Source: an uncultured Anaerolinea sp.
GTDB lineage: Bacteria; Chloroflexota; Anaerolineae; Anaerolineales; Anaerolineaceae
Length of the DNA: 28,301 nucleotides
Direction: 5' to 3'
Assembly (NCBI GenBank): GCA_964461605.1
Contig: CAYWVP010000001.1
Location: 10,878-39,178 of the forward strand
Numbering within the stretch: the stretch's first letter is position 1; each line of letters starts with the position of its first letter. Under the pieces are notes generated by a model, which searched no databases, was not told the origin of the DNA, and saw only the letters and a list, made by a program, of their open reading frames with translations. A program made the translations under genes and the position numbers. Shown piece after piece: positions 28,273 to 28,301 of the stretch.

Positions 28273-28301
28273 AAATCCCGCCGTGATGGCGGGATTTTTT
28301 T
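28273..28301 (+). terminator. Intrinsic terminator of csp
   Basis: AAATCCCGCC-GTGAT-GGCGGGATTT followed by a T run. Confidence 0.9.

Noticed and set aside
1-28301. Frequent CGATCG as a HIP1-like repeat
   Set aside because: About a dozen copies by eye is only modestly above random expectation and is explainable by codon usage; it needs a genome-wide Markov-corrected count.
1-28301. CRISPR arrays, transposases, prophage or defence genes
   Set aside because: No spaced direct repeats, terminal inverted repeats or relevant protein motifs were seen; intergenic regions are short and explained.

Overview
Gene-dense, mostly housekeeping bacterial chromosome segment; gene content and protein signatures suggest an anaerobic Chloroflexota (Anaerolineaceae-like) host, which is my inference and not a database result. 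It holds 29 CDS (first one 5'-truncated), one tRNA-Leu(GAG), several clear sigma70-type promoters and intrinsic terminators. I found no mobile element or CRISPR array. Main content: PPi-type pfk; a minus-strand operon (G5/beta-propeller lipoprotein, UDP-glucuronate decarboxylase, GtrA, UroD-like, rsmD); scpB-rluB; plsX; pgm-tatD-polyprenyl synthase; mnmA-trmI-NUDIX; rplY; glpK; an extracellular EEP nuclease; a B12 radical SAM enzyme divergent from a membrane-sensing two-component locus; patatin; typA; and a cold-shock protein. The best new signal is non-coding: the rplY (L25) 5' leader folds into a near-exact copy of 5S rRNA loop E, the L25 binding site, right against the ribosome-binding site, suggesting an autoregulatory ribosomal leader. 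Other leads are a terminator-like hairpin inside the csp leader, a possible membrane-remodelling regulon around the radical SAM gene, an RpfB-like lipoprotein with a swapped C-terminal domain, and several enzymes with altered catalytic motifs.
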